DNA of 64,000 nucleotides, taken from contig JAWODQ010000126.1 of NCBI GenBank assembly GCA_046483165.1, positions 3,811 through 67,810 of the forward strand, given 5' to 3'. Shown here in pieces: positions 9,894-19,280 of this stretch. Numbering within the stretch: position 1 is the stretch's first letter; each line of letters begins with the position of its first letter. The translations under genes and the position numbers were made by a program. This DNA comes from Bacillota bacterium (GTDB lineage: Bacteria; Bacillota; Sulfobacillia; SLMV01). Under the pieces are notes generated by a model. It searched no databases. It saw only the letters and a program-made list of their open reading frames with translations, and was not told where the DNA came from.

Positions 9894-10700
9894 GTGAGCT
9901 CCCGTAGAGAAGACGCCATATTATTCATCGGCGACGTCATGGGTAGGCCGGGCCGGCGTCTGCTGGGCGAAATCCTCCCCGGAATCCGTCGGCAACTCGG
10001 AGTCACCGCCGTGGTGGCCAACGGTGAGAACAGCGCCGGAGGGTTGGGGATAACGAAGAAATCGGCGGAGGAGATTTTCGCCGCCGGCGTCGATGTGATC
10101 ACTTCCGGAAATCACATATGGGACAAAAGAGAGGCCCTGCAGTATTTGGAGGAAGAACCCCGCGTTTTGCGCCCGTCGAACTATCCGCCGGGGACTCCCG
10201 GCCGCGGATTTGCAGTATTCGAAACGGATTCCGGCCGAGAATTCCTCATGATCAACGTGCACGGACGAGTCTTCATCGATACCGCTTTCGATTGTCCCTT
10301 TCGCGCCATGGAAGAAATCCTGGACATTTTTGCCGGAGCCCGCAAGATGCCGGTCCTCGTGGACTTTCACGCCGAGGCCACCTCGGAGAAGGTGGCCATG
10401 GGTTACGCTCTCGACGGAAGAGTCGCGGCGGTGTTGGGAACGCATACCCACGTGCAAACGAATGACGCCCGAATCCTACCCGGCAAAACGGCCTACGTGA
10501 CGGACGCCGGTATGACCGGCCCCGCCGACGGTGTGATCGGTGTCGACTCCGAGGCGATAGTTCGTCGCTTTTACAGCCAGCTACCCACCCGTTTTCGCGT
10601 GGCTTCGGGTCCCAGAATGTTGAACGCCGTTTTGCTGCGGTTACATCCGTTCCGGCCGCGAGTGAAATCCATTGAACTTATAAACGAACGCTACGATTGA
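9894..10700 (+). CDS. ymdB: YmdB-family metallophosphoesterase (2',3'-cNMP phosphodiesterase, TIGR00282-like)
   Basis: 'ILFIGDVMGRPG...GENSAGG...TSGNHIWDK...DFHAEATSEK...GTHTHVQT' is the YmdB-type signature. The gene immediately follows rny as in Bacillus. GTG start has SD 'GGGGAGAGGAG'. Confidence 0.85.
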   Translation: MSSRREDAILFIGDVMGRPGRRLLGEILPGIRRQLGVTAVVANGENSAGGLGITKKSAEEIFAAGVDVITSGNHIWDKREALQYLEEEPRVLRPSNYPPGTPGRGFAVFETDSGREFLMINVHGRVFIDTAFDCPFRAMEEILDIFAGARKMPVLVDFHAEATSEKVAMGYALDGRVAAVLGTHTHVQTNDARILPGKTAYVTDAGMTGPADGVIGVDSEAIVRRFYSQLPTRFRVASGPRMLNAVLLRLHPFRPRVKSIELINERYD

Positions 10701-10716
10701 AAAGGGAGGTTCCCAC

Positions 10717-11850
10717 GTGTCACAACAGAGGAGCTTCATCCAGGGTAATGAGGCGATCGTCGAAGGGGCACTGGCCGCCGGAGCGAGATTCTTCGGGGGT
10801 TACCCGATCACGCCCTCATCGGAGGTCGCCGAGCTGGCGGCGAGGCGCCTGCCGGCCCTGGGGGGAGTCTACATGCAGATGGAAGACGAGCTCGCGAGCA
10901 TGGCGTCTATCGTCGGCGCCAGCCTGGCCGGAGTGAAGAGCTTCACCGCCACCAGCGGTCCCGGTTTGTCCCTCATGTTGGAGAACCTGGGCGTGGCCAT
11001 CATGGCGGAGGTGCCCTGTGTATTGGTGGACGTGCAGCGTTCCGGACCGGGCACCGGCCTAGCGACCAAGCCGGCTCAGGCCGACGTCATGATGGCGAGG
11101 TGGGGATCCCACGGAGATCATTCCGCGATCGTATTGACGCCCTCATCGGTACAGGAGTGTTTCGACTTGACCGTTCGCGCTTTCGAACTGGCGGAGGAAC
11201 TCCGACACCCGGTCCTGGTGTTGAGCGATGCCATCGTCGGGCACATGCGGGAGGACGTACAATTGCCAGATCAGGAGGAACTTGGGCCCGTCACCCGCCG
11301 CGATCCCGGGGTGCCTCCATCCGAATACGTCATGCATGCGGATGGGGAGGATGGGCTTCCGGTCCCGTTACCGCCCTTCGGATCGGATTACATCGTTCGG
11401 GCCAACTCGTCCGCGCACGATCCCACGGGATACCCCTCGGCCGATCCCGAACACGCCGCGTGGAACATACGGCGCCTCCACGACAAAGTCGAGGGGGCGG
11501 TGCGACGCATAACCGATTGCGTCCTAATCGGAGATGGGCGGGCTGATGTGCTTTTGGTGGCTTACGGAGCCACGGCGCGGACGGCGGAACAGCTGGTGGT
11601 CGATCCTCCCGCCGGGGCGAGCGTTGCCCTGCTCAAATTGCGCAGTCTCTGGCCATTTCCCGAGGAGGAAATCCGCGAAGCCGCCGGGGAGCGTCCCGTG
11701 GTGGTCCCGGAGATGAATCTCGGGCAGATGGTTCGCGAGGTCGAGAGGGTCCTGGGTCCGAATTACCCCTGTTACAGCTACGCCAAAAGCGACGGGCGTG
11801 CGATAGAACCCGGGGAGCTCGCTCGCTTTATCGAGGAGGAGGTATTGTGA
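10717..11850 (+). CDS. 2-oxoacid:ferredoxin oxidoreductase, alpha subunit (KorA/PorA-like)
   Basis: The N-terminus 'QGNEAIVEGALAAGARFFGGYPITPSSE' is typical of OFOR alpha subunits. GTG start is 7 nt after 'AAAGGGAGG'. Confidence 0.85.
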   Translation: MSQQRSFIQGNEAIVEGALAAGARFFGGYPITPSSEVAELAARRLPALGGVYMQMEDELASMASIVGASLAGVKSFTATSGPGLSLMLENLGVAIMAEVPCVLVDVQRSGPGTGLATKPAQADVMMARWGSHGDHSAIVLTPSSVQECFDLTVRAFELAEELRHPVLVLSDAIVGHMREDVQLPDQEELGPVTRRDPGVPPSEYVMHADGEDGLPVPLPPFGSDYIVRANSSAHDPTGYPSADPEHAAWNIRRLHDKVEGAVRRITDCVLIGDGRADVLLVAYGATARTAEQLVVDPPAGASVALLKLRSLWPFPEEEIREAAGERPVVVPEMNLGQMVREVERVLGPNYPCYSYAKSDGRAIEPGELARFIEEEVL

Positions 11851-12668
11851 GCCACAATTACCGCAACTACCTGTTGACGGAAAAATTCCCCCTTTTTTGG
11901 TGTGCCGGATGCGGCAACGGCATAATAATCGGCTCTTTGGCTCGGGCCCTAGCGCGGCGCGGCGCGGATCCGAAGAAGGTCGTAGTTACTACCGGAATCG
12001 GCTGCTTCGGCAAGGCGGACGATTACATGGCGACAAACACCGTACACGGTACTCACGGGAGGGCACTGGCTTTCGCCTCGGGCATCAAGGGGGCCAACCC
12101 CGATCTGACGGTCATCGCCCTAATGGGTGATGGTGATTGCGCGACCATCGGCGGGAACCACTTCCTACACGCCTCACGTCGCAACATCGGAGTTACGGCG
12201 ATAGTGTCGAACAATCTCAATTACGGGATGACCGGAGGACAGTATTCGGCTACTACCCCCCACGACGAGATTTCGAGCACCTCGGTTTACGGAAACCCCG
12301 AAGAGGGCTTCGATTTGTGTCGGGTGGCGGCGGCCGCCGGGGCATCGCTCGTCGCCCGCAGCACCGCCTACCATGTCACCATATTGGACCGAATGATAGA
12401 GGCGGGGTTGGACAACCCCGGGTTTTCGTTGATCGAAGTGATGTCCTCGTGTCCGGTACAATACGGTCGGAGGAATGCCATGCCCTCGCCGGTGGATATG
12501 ATGAATCACTGGAGATGGCGAGGATTGCCCAAGAAAGGTTTCGAGAAACTGCCGGCGGATGAGAAATCCGATCATTTCCCCATCGGAATTCTGCACCAGA
12601 ATCCCAGGGGAGATTTCAGCTCCCGTTATGCCGCCGTTCAGGCTCGAGCCGGAGGTGGCGAAACGTGA
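11847..12668 (+). CDS. 2-oxoacid:ferredoxin oxidoreductase, beta subunit (TPP-binding)
   Basis: 'CAGCGNG...GIGC...GDGD' is the TPP/[4Fe-4S]-proximal beta-subunit signature. A GTGA overlap with the alpha-subunit stop indicates translational coupling. Confidence 0.85.
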   Translation: MSHNYRNYLLTEKFPLFWCAGCGNGIIIGSLARALARRGADPKKVVVTTGIGCFGKADDYMATNTVHGTHGRALAFASGIKGANPDLTVIALMGDGDCATIGGNHFLHASRRNIGVTAIVSNNLNYGMTGGQYSATTPHDEISSTSVYGNPEEGFDLCRVAAAAGASLVARSTAYHVTILDRMIEAGLDNPGFSLIEVMSSCPVQYGRRNAMPSPVDMMNHWRWRGLPKKGFEKLPADEKSDHFPIGILHQNPRGDFSSRYAAVQARAGGGET

Positions 12669-13231
12669 AAACCCGAAGCCCCGAATACGCGAGAGTATCG
12701 GAACGTCGCGAAGTAGTCCTGGCGGGGGCCGGGGGACAGGGCCTGGTGTTCCTCGGTCGTCTGCTGGGTGCCGCAGCGGTACGGGCGGGATTGCGGGTGG
12801 TGCAAACCCAGAGTTACGGGGTGGCGAGTCGGGGCGGATTCTCGAAATCCGAACTGATAGTTTCCCCGATGCCGATCGCCTACCCGATGGCCGTGGACCC
12901 GTGGGGAGTATTGGCCTTGACGGATGAGGCGAGACGCATGTATCGCCACGGTGCCGACGGGAGCGAGAGACTCGTCGTCTTCGACAACTCCGTCTCTTCC
13001 GAAGCCGAGGGGAGAGGAGAACTCGGCTCGTCCTTTCTGAGGATCGCCCGGGAGAGGGGAATGGAAGACAACTTCAACATGATCGCCCTCGGGGCCTTCG
13101 TGACGTTGCGCCGCGTGGTAGAACCCCACCACGTGACGAAGATACTGGAGGAATCGGATACGAAAATGACCGAGGCCAACTTGAATGCATTTCGCCTGGG
13201 ACTCGATTTGCCCGATGGAGGAGTAGAGTAG
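12665..13231 (+). CDS. 2-oxoacid:ferredoxin oxidoreductase, gamma subunit
   Basis: 'VLAGAGGQGLVFLGRLLGAAA...QSYGVASRGG' is a POR/KOR gamma-type fold. It is coupled to the beta subunit through a GTGA overlap. Confidence 0.8.
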   Translation: MKTRSPEYARVSERREVVLAGAGGQGLVFLGRLLGAAAVRAGLRVVQTQSYGVASRGGFSKSELIVSPMPIAYPMAVDPWGVLALTDEARRMYRHGADGSERLVVFDNSVSSEAEGRGELGSSFLRIARERGMEDNFNMIALGAFVTLRRVVEPHHVTKILEESDTKMTEANLNAFRLGLDLPDGGVE

Positions 13232-13259
13232 ATGTGGACCCAAGAAGGAGGATGAACCT

Positions 13260-14288
13260 GTGAATTCAGCGGAGCTTCACCGTGACGCGCTCGTGGTGGA
13301 TGGACACATCGACACGCTAATAGCAGCCGTAAAGGGAAAGAGGAAACTTGGCGAGAGATCCGATGAAGGACATGCCGACTTCCCGAGATTGCGGGAAGGT
13401 GGAGTCGATGTACAATTGTTTGCCCACTACATCGAACCCGACTTCAAACCGGATCGGGGTCTTTTGCGATTCATGCAGATGGCGGACACGTTCTTCCGAG
13501 AGGTCGAGGAAAATTCCGACGTCGCCGGCCACGCGCGAACGGTAGCCGATATCGAGCGCTTGCGCGATCGAGGAAAACTGGCCTGCGTGATGTCCATTGA
13601 GGGAGCCGAGGCCATCCGGGGAGATCTCGGAGTTCTGCGCGTCCTATTCCGCCTCGGGGTGCGCGTCATAGGGTTGACCTGGAATCAAAGGAACCTCCTG
13701 GCGGACGGAATCGCCGAAGCCCGTACCGGAGGGGGATTGACGGAGCTGGGAGTGGCCGCGGTGCGAGAGATGGATCGCCTCGGCATCGTCGTGGACGTAT
13801 CACATGTCTCCGATCCGGGCTTTTGGGACGTGGTCGAGGTATCCAGTCGTCCCTTCATAGCCAGCCACTCCAATTCCCGCGAAATATGCGATCACCCGCG
13901 AAACCTCACCGACGATCAAATCCGGGCGCTGGCCCGTGCCGGTGGCGTCATGGGCATGAATTTCGCTCCAAACTTCGTGCATCCCGAACTGGGCGCGAAG
14001 GCCGATTCGATTTACGGATCTCGCGGAGCGGAGGGCGCACCACGGGCCAATCTCGAGATGGTTCTGGATCACGTGGACCACATCGTCGGCCTGGTGGGAC
14101 CCGAGCACGTGGGGCTCGGCAGCGATTTCGACGGGATCGGTGATACGCCGGACGGTCTGGAAAATGCCACCAAGCTCCCCGACTTGACCGATGGCCTCTT
14201 CCGCAGGGGTTACCCCGAAAAGGATATACGGGCCATACTCGGAGGCAATTTCATGCGGGTATTCCGAGAGGTGTGGCCGGTCGATTGA
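13260..14288 (+). CDS. membrane dipeptidase (peptidase family M19)
   Basis: 'VVDGHIDTL', 'SHSNSREICDHPRNLTDDQIRA' and 'LGSDFDGIGDTPDGLE' are renal-dipeptidase family motifs. Confidence 0.8.
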   Translation: MNSAELHRDALVVDGHIDTLIAAVKGKRKLGERSDEGHADFPRLREGGVDVQLFAHYIEPDFKPDRGLLRFMQMADTFFREVEENSDVAGHARTVADIERLRDRGKLACVMSIEGAEAIRGDLGVLRVLFRLGVRVIGLTWNQRNLLADGIAEARTGGGLTELGVAAVREMDRLGIVVDVSHVSDPGFWDVVEVSSRPFIASHSNSREICDHPRNLTDDQIRALARAGGVMGMNFAPNFVHPELGAKADSIYGSRGAEGAPRANLEMVLDHVDHIVGLVGPEHVGLGSDFDGIGDTPDGLENATKLPDLTDGLFRRGYPEKDIRAILGGNFMRVFREVWPVD

Positions 14289-15190
14289 AAAGCGGTAGGG
14301 CGGATTTACACGTTCACTCCACCGTCTCGGATGGGACGGCACACCCGCGCGAGTTGATAGAGGTCGCCGCGAGAGCCGGACTGGACTGTATCGCCCTTTG
14401 CGACCACGATGCCGCAGCACCCTGGCAGACCGTGCGAGATACCGCCCGCCGGGTGGGGATTTGCGCAATTTCGGGCGTCGAACTCGGCCTGTACTTGGAT
14501 CCAGAAGATAGGGATCGGGCCGCGTGCTCTGGGACGGATAGACTCGATTTGGGCGAGGTACATATCCTGGCCTACGGCGCTTCCACCGAGACCGGTCCCC
14601 TCGAAGAGATGCTTCGGAAGAACAGGAGTGATCGTCGCCGCAGGATGGACGAGATGGTACAAAGACTGCGGCGTATCGGAGTCGACATCGAACCCGAGGA
14701 CGTGAAACTGGAGATGGGTGGTGGATCAAACCCGGGAAGACCACATCTCGCGCGCGCCCTGGTGCGAGGCGGCTACGTCGGGAGTGTCGCCGAGGCCTTC
14801 TCCGAGTTTTTGGCTCCCGGTAAACCAGGATACGTCCCGCGGCGCAGAGTGTCGGTGGAGGAGGGGATCGGCCGGGTGATCGGGGCCGGCGGCCTTCCTT
14901 TCCTCGCCCACCCGGCCTACTACGATGATCCCCTACGCCTCATCGATTACCTACATCCTGTCGGCATCGTCGGCGTCGAGGTACTGCACAGAGATCACTC
15001 GATGCGACAGGTCGCCGAACTCCTGATGCACACGCGGCGGAGATCCCTCCTGCCCTCGGGAGGTTCCGATTATCATGGGCGAGCGAACGATCCCAGCCTG
15101 GGCGACATTTCCGTACCCACGGCCTGGGCTCTGGACATTTTGGGCTCCTGCGAAGAAATGTCAGTTGTCCATGACAACCATGATGCCTAA
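14273..15190 (+). CDS. PHP-domain phosphoesterase (TrpH/YciV-like)
   Basis: The N-terminal 'ADLHVHSTVSDGT' PHP motif is present, with 'LCDHD' and 'AHP' metal-binding motifs. The start (GTG 14273 or TTG 14285) overlaps the dipeptidase stop. Confidence 0.7.
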   Translation: MAGRLKSGRADLHVHSTVSDGTAHPRELIEVAARAGLDCIALCDHDAAAPWQTVRDTARRVGICAISGVELGLYLDPEDRDRAACSGTDRLDLGEVHILAYGASTETGPLEEMLRKNRSDRRRRMDEMVQRLRRIGVDIEPEDVKLEMGGGSNPGRPHLARALVRGGYVGSVAEAFSEFLAPGKPGYVPRRRVSVEEGIGRVIGAGGLPFLAHPAYYDDPLRLIDYLHPVGIVGVEVLHRDHSMRQVAELLMHTRRRSLLPSGGSDYHGRANDPSLGDISVPTAWALDILGSCEEMSVVHDNHDA

Positions 15191-15237
15191 TGGTAGAATG
15201 CATGTGGGTTTTCTCGGGGTTCGGGAGGTATACGTCG

Positions 15238-15777
15238 ATGTGGCAGAGTCCGGCGGGGGAGAGTAGAAAAAAAGAACCTGTACGGAAGAGAACTGCGATC
15301 CCTTCCGGCGGCGTCGCTTTGCCCGATCTGGCGGAGCGTCTGGGACTTTCGACGGAGCGATTCCGCTCGTATTTGAATGAATATGCGGACCTCTTGCGGG
15401 TGAGCGAAAGCAGCGGGGAACGAATCCTGGATGCCCGCGCCGCAGAGATTCTTACCACGATACATAGACTTACCCAGCGCGGTCTGGATCCCCAGGACGT
15501 CCGCAACAAGTTGGAATTCCAGCCCGATGATCAATCCGACAATCGCGAAGGTGAAAACCTCGGCGAGAATTCTGAAGGGGAAGTCACGAACGATTTTCTC
15601 CTTCGGGAGATTCGCGAGGGTTTTCACCGCCTGGAGGAACGTCGACTCGAGGACAGGGATAAGTTGATGCTGGCGCTGATCAAGACACAAAAGGAAATCC
15701 AGCAGCTACGTTACCAACTGGCTGCGGGGGAAGGACGATCCCGGAGGGGCTTTTTTGCCCGTCTCTTCGGTAGATGA
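15238..15777 (+). CDS. MerR-type HTH plus coiled-coil protein (RacA-like architecture)
   Basis: 'VALPDLAERLGLSTERFRSYLNEYADLL' fits the MerR HTH pattern. The C-terminal half is heptad-rich and coiled-coil-like, ending in a basic/hydrophobic tail 'RRGFFARLFGR'. ATG 15238 is 9 nt after GGGAGG. Confidence 0.5.
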   Translation: MWQSPAGESRKKEPVRKRTAIPSGGVALPDLAERLGLSTERFRSYLNEYADLLRVSESSGERILDARAAEILTTIHRLTQRGLDPQDVRNKLEFQPDDQSDNREGENLGENSEGEVTNDFLLREIREGFHRLEERRLEDRDKLMLALIKTQKEIQQLRYQLAAGEGRSRRGFFARLFGR

Positions 15778-15811
15778 TATTTCGATTCCTTCCACGGAAA
15801 GGTGAGGATGG

Positions 15812-17914
15812 ATGCCGGACCTTAGGACACTTTACAAACCAGAAACCATCGCCGTAGTCGGGGCCTCGAATTCCCCCGGCAAAGTGGGAAACGCGGTAGT
15901 TAAGAATCTCATCAGCTGTGGTTTTCCGGGTCGCATTGTCCCGGTCAATCCGAAGGAAGACGAAATAGAGGGGCTCAAATGCTACGCGAGTGTGGCAGAT
16001 ATTCCGGAACAAGTGGAGCAGGCCGTCATGTGTATCCCGGCGCCATTCGTGCCCGCCGCCATGGAAGAGTGCGGTGAAGAGGGCGTAAGTAGCGTGGTCG
16101 TGATCACCGCAGGATTTAAAGAGGCGAGCGAAGAGGGAGCCGAACTCGAAAGGCAGCTCGTGGAGATCTGCGAGAAGTACGACATGAACATGATGGGCCC
16201 CAACTGTCTCGGCGTCATCGACACCCACACCCCCATAAACGCGTCGTTTTCCGGAGTATTTCCGATAACCGGTAACATAGCCTTCTTTTCTCAATCGGGG
16301 GCGTTATGCCTCGCCATTTTGGACTGGAGTTTGGAAGAGGGGCTGGGATTCAGCAAGTTTATAAGTATGGGTAACAAGGCCGACCTCAACGAGGCCGATT
16401 TCGTCGCGGATGTCGCCGACGATCCCGACACGGACGTAATCCTGCTCTATCTCGAGAGCATCGAAGATGGCCCGGCCTTCATGGAAGCCGCCAAGAAGGC
16501 CAGTCTCAAGAAACCGGTGGTCGTCTTAAAAGCCGGCGTTAGCGCATCCGGTGCCAAGGCCGCCTCCTCCCACACCGGTGCCCTGGCGGGAAGCGATGCC
16601 GGTTACGAAGCTGCCTTCCGCCAAAGCGGCGTCCTGCGGGCTCGAACCATGGAAGAGCAATTTACCAAGGCGATGGCTTTCGCCTACCAGGCGGTCCCCG
16701 AGGGCAAGAGAGTCGCCATAGTGACCAACGCCGGAGGAACCGGAGTCGTGTCGACGGACGCCGTCGAGCTGTCCGGTTTGCAGTTGGCGGACCTCACCGA
16801 GGAGACCATGGATGAGCTGCGGGAGAAGCTTCCCGCCATGGCGAGCGTCAAAAACCCCGTCGATGTGATCGGTGACGCCGGCCCCGACCGCTACCGCCAC
16901 GCTTTGGAACACTCCCTTTCGGATCCGAACGTGGACATGGCCCTGGTCCTGCTTTGCCCCACCGCATTCACCGATCCGATGCAAACCGCCGCGGACATCA
17001 AAGAGTTTCACGGGAAGTATCCCGATAAGCCGATAATCGCGTCTTTCACCGGCGGCGCCAGCGTGAAGGAAGCGACGAGCCAGCTCTTCTCCGACGGTAT
17101 CCCGACCTTCGCCTTCCCCGAGCCGGCGGTGAGCTGTCTGAAGGGACTCGTCGATTACGGCGAGCGCAGAGAAGCATTGCGGGATGCCATAGAAGTGACG
17201 TATGAGGGCGACGACGCCGAAGTCCGTAGCATCTTCCAGGAGGTGCGCGAGGACGGGCGGAGAGTACTCCTGGGACCGGAAGCCATGGCGGTCGCGAGGG
17301 CGTACGGTATAGGCACCACCCCCTCCGAGCTGGCGACGACGGCACCGGAGGCCGGGCAGATGGCCGACGACATGGGCTACCCGGTAGTCCTCAAGGTCGC
17401 ATCCCCGGAGATCATCCACAAGACCGATATTGGAGGCGTGGTCCTCGGGCTGGAAGATGAGGATTCCGTGCGGCGGGCCTTCGAAGATATCATGGCGGCC
17501 ACAAAAGAACACGAACCCGACGCCACGGTTTACGGCGTCGAGGTCCAGAAGATGTTCCCCAAGGGCGAGGAGTTGATCGTCGGCCTCTCGACGGATCCCG
17601 TGTTCGGACCGCTTCTGATGTTCGGTATGGGCGGGGTTTTCGTGGATCTCATGAAGGACGTTTCCTTCCGAGTGGCGCACGGTCTCACCGACATAGACCT
17701 CGACGAGATGATAGAAGGCACCCGGGCCTACGAGCTCCTGCGCGGTTACCGGGGAGATGAGCCCAAGGATATCGATGCCGTTAAGGAAACCATGGGTCGA
17801 ATAGCGCAGCTGTCGCGCGACTTCTCCGAGATCCAGGAGCTGGACATCAACCCGTTCTTCGCCTACACGGATGGGGTCGCCGCTTTGGACGTTAAGATAA
17901 CCCTCAAGGAATAG
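15812..17914 (+). CDS. acetate--CoA ligase (ADP-forming), fused alpha/beta (NDP-forming acyl-CoA synthetase)
   Basis: An N-terminal CoA-binding region 'IAVVGASNSPGKVG' and a succinyl-CoA-synthetase-like flavodoxin domain are followed by a C-terminal ATP-grasp ('YPVVLKVASPEIIHKTDIGGV'). The protein is ~700 aa with no GNAT tail, so it is not a Pat acetyltransferase. Confidence 0.8.
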   Translation: MPDLRTLYKPETIAVVGASNSPGKVGNAVVKNLISCGFPGRIVPVNPKEDEIEGLKCYASVADIPEQVEQAVMCIPAPFVPAAMEECGEEGVSSVVVITAGFKEASEEGAELERQLVEICEKYDMNMMGPNCLGVIDTHTPINASFSGVFPITGNIAFFSQSGALCLAILDWSLEEGLGFSKFISMGNKADLNEADFVADVADDPDTDVILLYLESIEDGPAFMEAAKKASLKKPVVVLKAGVSASGAKAASSHTGALAGSDAGYEAAFRQSGVLRARTMEEQFTKAMAFAYQAVPEGKRVAIVTNAGGTGVVSTDAVELSGLQLADLTEETMDELREKLPAMASVKNPVDVIGDAGPDRYRHALEHSLSDPNVDMALVLLCPTAFTDPMQTAADIKEFHGKYPDKPIIASFTGGASVKEATSQLFSDGIPTFAFPEPAVSCLKGLVDYGERREALRDAIEVTYEGDDAEVRSIFQEVREDGRRVLLGPEAMAVARAYGIGTTPSELATTAPEAGQMADDMGYPVVLKVASPEIIHKTDIGGVVLGLEDEDSVRRAFEDIMAATKEHEPDATVYGVEVQKMFPKGEELIVGLSTDPVFGPLLMFGMGGVFVDLMKDVSFRVAHGLTDIDLDEMIEGTRAYELLRGYRGDEPKDIDAVKETMGRIAQLSRDFSEIQELDINPFFAYTDGVAALDVKITLKE

Positions 17915-17953
17915 TTTCCGCATCCAGGGTTATGTGATGACTTCCCGAATATG

Positions 17954-17993
17954 AAAGGGGCGGGCGGGCTCGCGAGCCCGCCCGCCCTTTTCT
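17954..17993. terminator. bidirectional intrinsic terminator (14-bp GC stem flanked by AAA and TTTT)
   Basis: 'aaaggggcgggcgggctcgcgagcccgcccgcccttttct' forms a perfect palindrome with an A-run on one side and a T-run on the other. It lies between convergent genes. Confidence 0.85.
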
Positions 17994-18002
17994 CGCCGAA
18001 GA

Positions 18003-18527
18003 CTAGATACGGGAATACCGGCGGCGCGAGGATAGCATCACGTCGCGTCTGATTTCTTCCACCGTCAAGAGCTTGCGCCACGCTTTCTTCATAGTTGCGC
18101 GAAAAGAGGGCAGCAGAAGTTCCGGCCGATCCAGCTGGATAAGTGGGCATATCGGCAAACCGTTGGGGTCGAGAACGAGCTTCCATCGCCCATCCTCCCG
18201 CAGGTGCGGAATTAGGGGGAAGGTGCGGCAGGCGAAGGGCCGCATCTCCCGCGGACAAACTCCCTCGCAGCTGACGAACCACGCGCCACGCCGGCGTGCC
18301 CCCCGAAAGACTTGTGCGGGCTCGGGGTGCCAGCGGCGGGTGAGCCAGGATTCGCCGGCCAAAAGTAGTTCTTCCCCGTGATATAGATACATGCCCACCC
18401 CTTCGTCCCAATCCCGGCAACAAATGGAGTCGCATAGTTGGCCGCAGTCTCCGGACAACGGCGTGACCTCGGCGGTCATCGCATAGATCTCGCGCCACAG
18501 GCGCAAAAGGCCGGCCTCAGTCAGCAT
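18003..18527 (-). CDS. YkgJ/UPF0153-type cysteine-cluster protein (putative Zn/Fe-chelating domain)
   Basis: A 'CGQLCDSICC' cluster near the N-terminus and additional Cys residues are present. No other recognisable motif was found. Confidence 0.45.
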   Translation of the reverse strand: MLTEAGLLRLWREIYAMTAEVTPLSGDCGQLCDSICCRDWDEGVGMYLYHGEELLLAGESWLTRRWHPEPAQVFRGARRRGAWFVSCEGVCPREMRPFACRTFPLIPHLREDGRWKLVLDPNGLPICPLIQLDRPELLLPSFRATMKKAWRKLLTVEEIRRDVMLSSRRRYSRI

Positions 18528-19140
18528 TTGGGGCCGGCTCTTCGAGGAGCTTTAGCGCGAGCTGGGACCAGGTCTCTGTCGCTTCGCCCCGGGGGATGTC
18601 CTGCAGTTTCAAAAACGATCCGCGCAGTTTGTCCGTTTCTCGAACGGAGACGCGGGTGGAGGGGTCCAAATCCAACAGATATAGAAAGCCCAAATGGCAG
18701 CGACCGACCTCGTTACCTTCGTCGTTGATAACCCCGAGGAACTGGAGCCGGGTGGCGAGTTCCTCGAGCGTGAGCGCGGGTTCGATCACCAATTCTTCGT
18801 TCAATTCGCGATGGGCGTTTCGGAGGAGAAGGTCCTCGAAGGACTCGCCCTCCAGCGGTCTCAGGTGACCACCGATACCGATGGACGTCTTGTTGCGCAA
18901 CCGTCTCTCCAAACCGTCGTCGCTTCGCACCGTGGTAAATATCGATCTTCCGCGACGAACTACGATATAGGGAATGGGTTGTTTCCATTCCGGACAATCT
19001 TCCGCTCGGGTCCTGGGCGCCGGGAACCAATCCCGTGTCAGGGCCTCGAGGAAGGGTCGGGCACCGGGACGCACGCCGCTGAATTTGGCGCGCTCGGGAA
19101 GCCGGTCCCTCCGAACTACGACGATGGTCTCTTCTGTCAA
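18517..19140 (-). CDS. hypothetical protein, possible degenerate Nudix-like fold
   Basis: 'GIGGHLRPLEGESFEDLLLRNAHRELNEELVIE' resembles a Nudix box but with non-canonical spacing. It overlaps the downstream Cys-cluster gene by 11 nt. Confidence 0.4.
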   Translation of the reverse strand: MTEETIVVVRRDRLPERAKFSGVRPGARPFLEALTRDWFPAPRTRAEDCPEWKQPIPYIVVRRGRSIFTTVRSDDGLERRLRNKTSIGIGGHLRPLEGESFEDLLLRNAHRELNEELVIEPALTLEELATRLQFLGVINDEGNEVGRCHLGFLYLLDLDPSTRVSVRETDKLRGSFLKLQDIPRGEATETWSQLALKLLEEPAPNAD

Positions 19141-19280
19141 TTCAGATCATCCCCTCACCGGGGTTTCATACCCAATGAGCTTGTCACAAGCGAAACCGTG
19201 CGACAAGATGATGTGACTTGCCCGAACTGCTAAAATGGATACCGTGGCGATAAATCGGAGACGCGAGGAGGATGTGAGCT

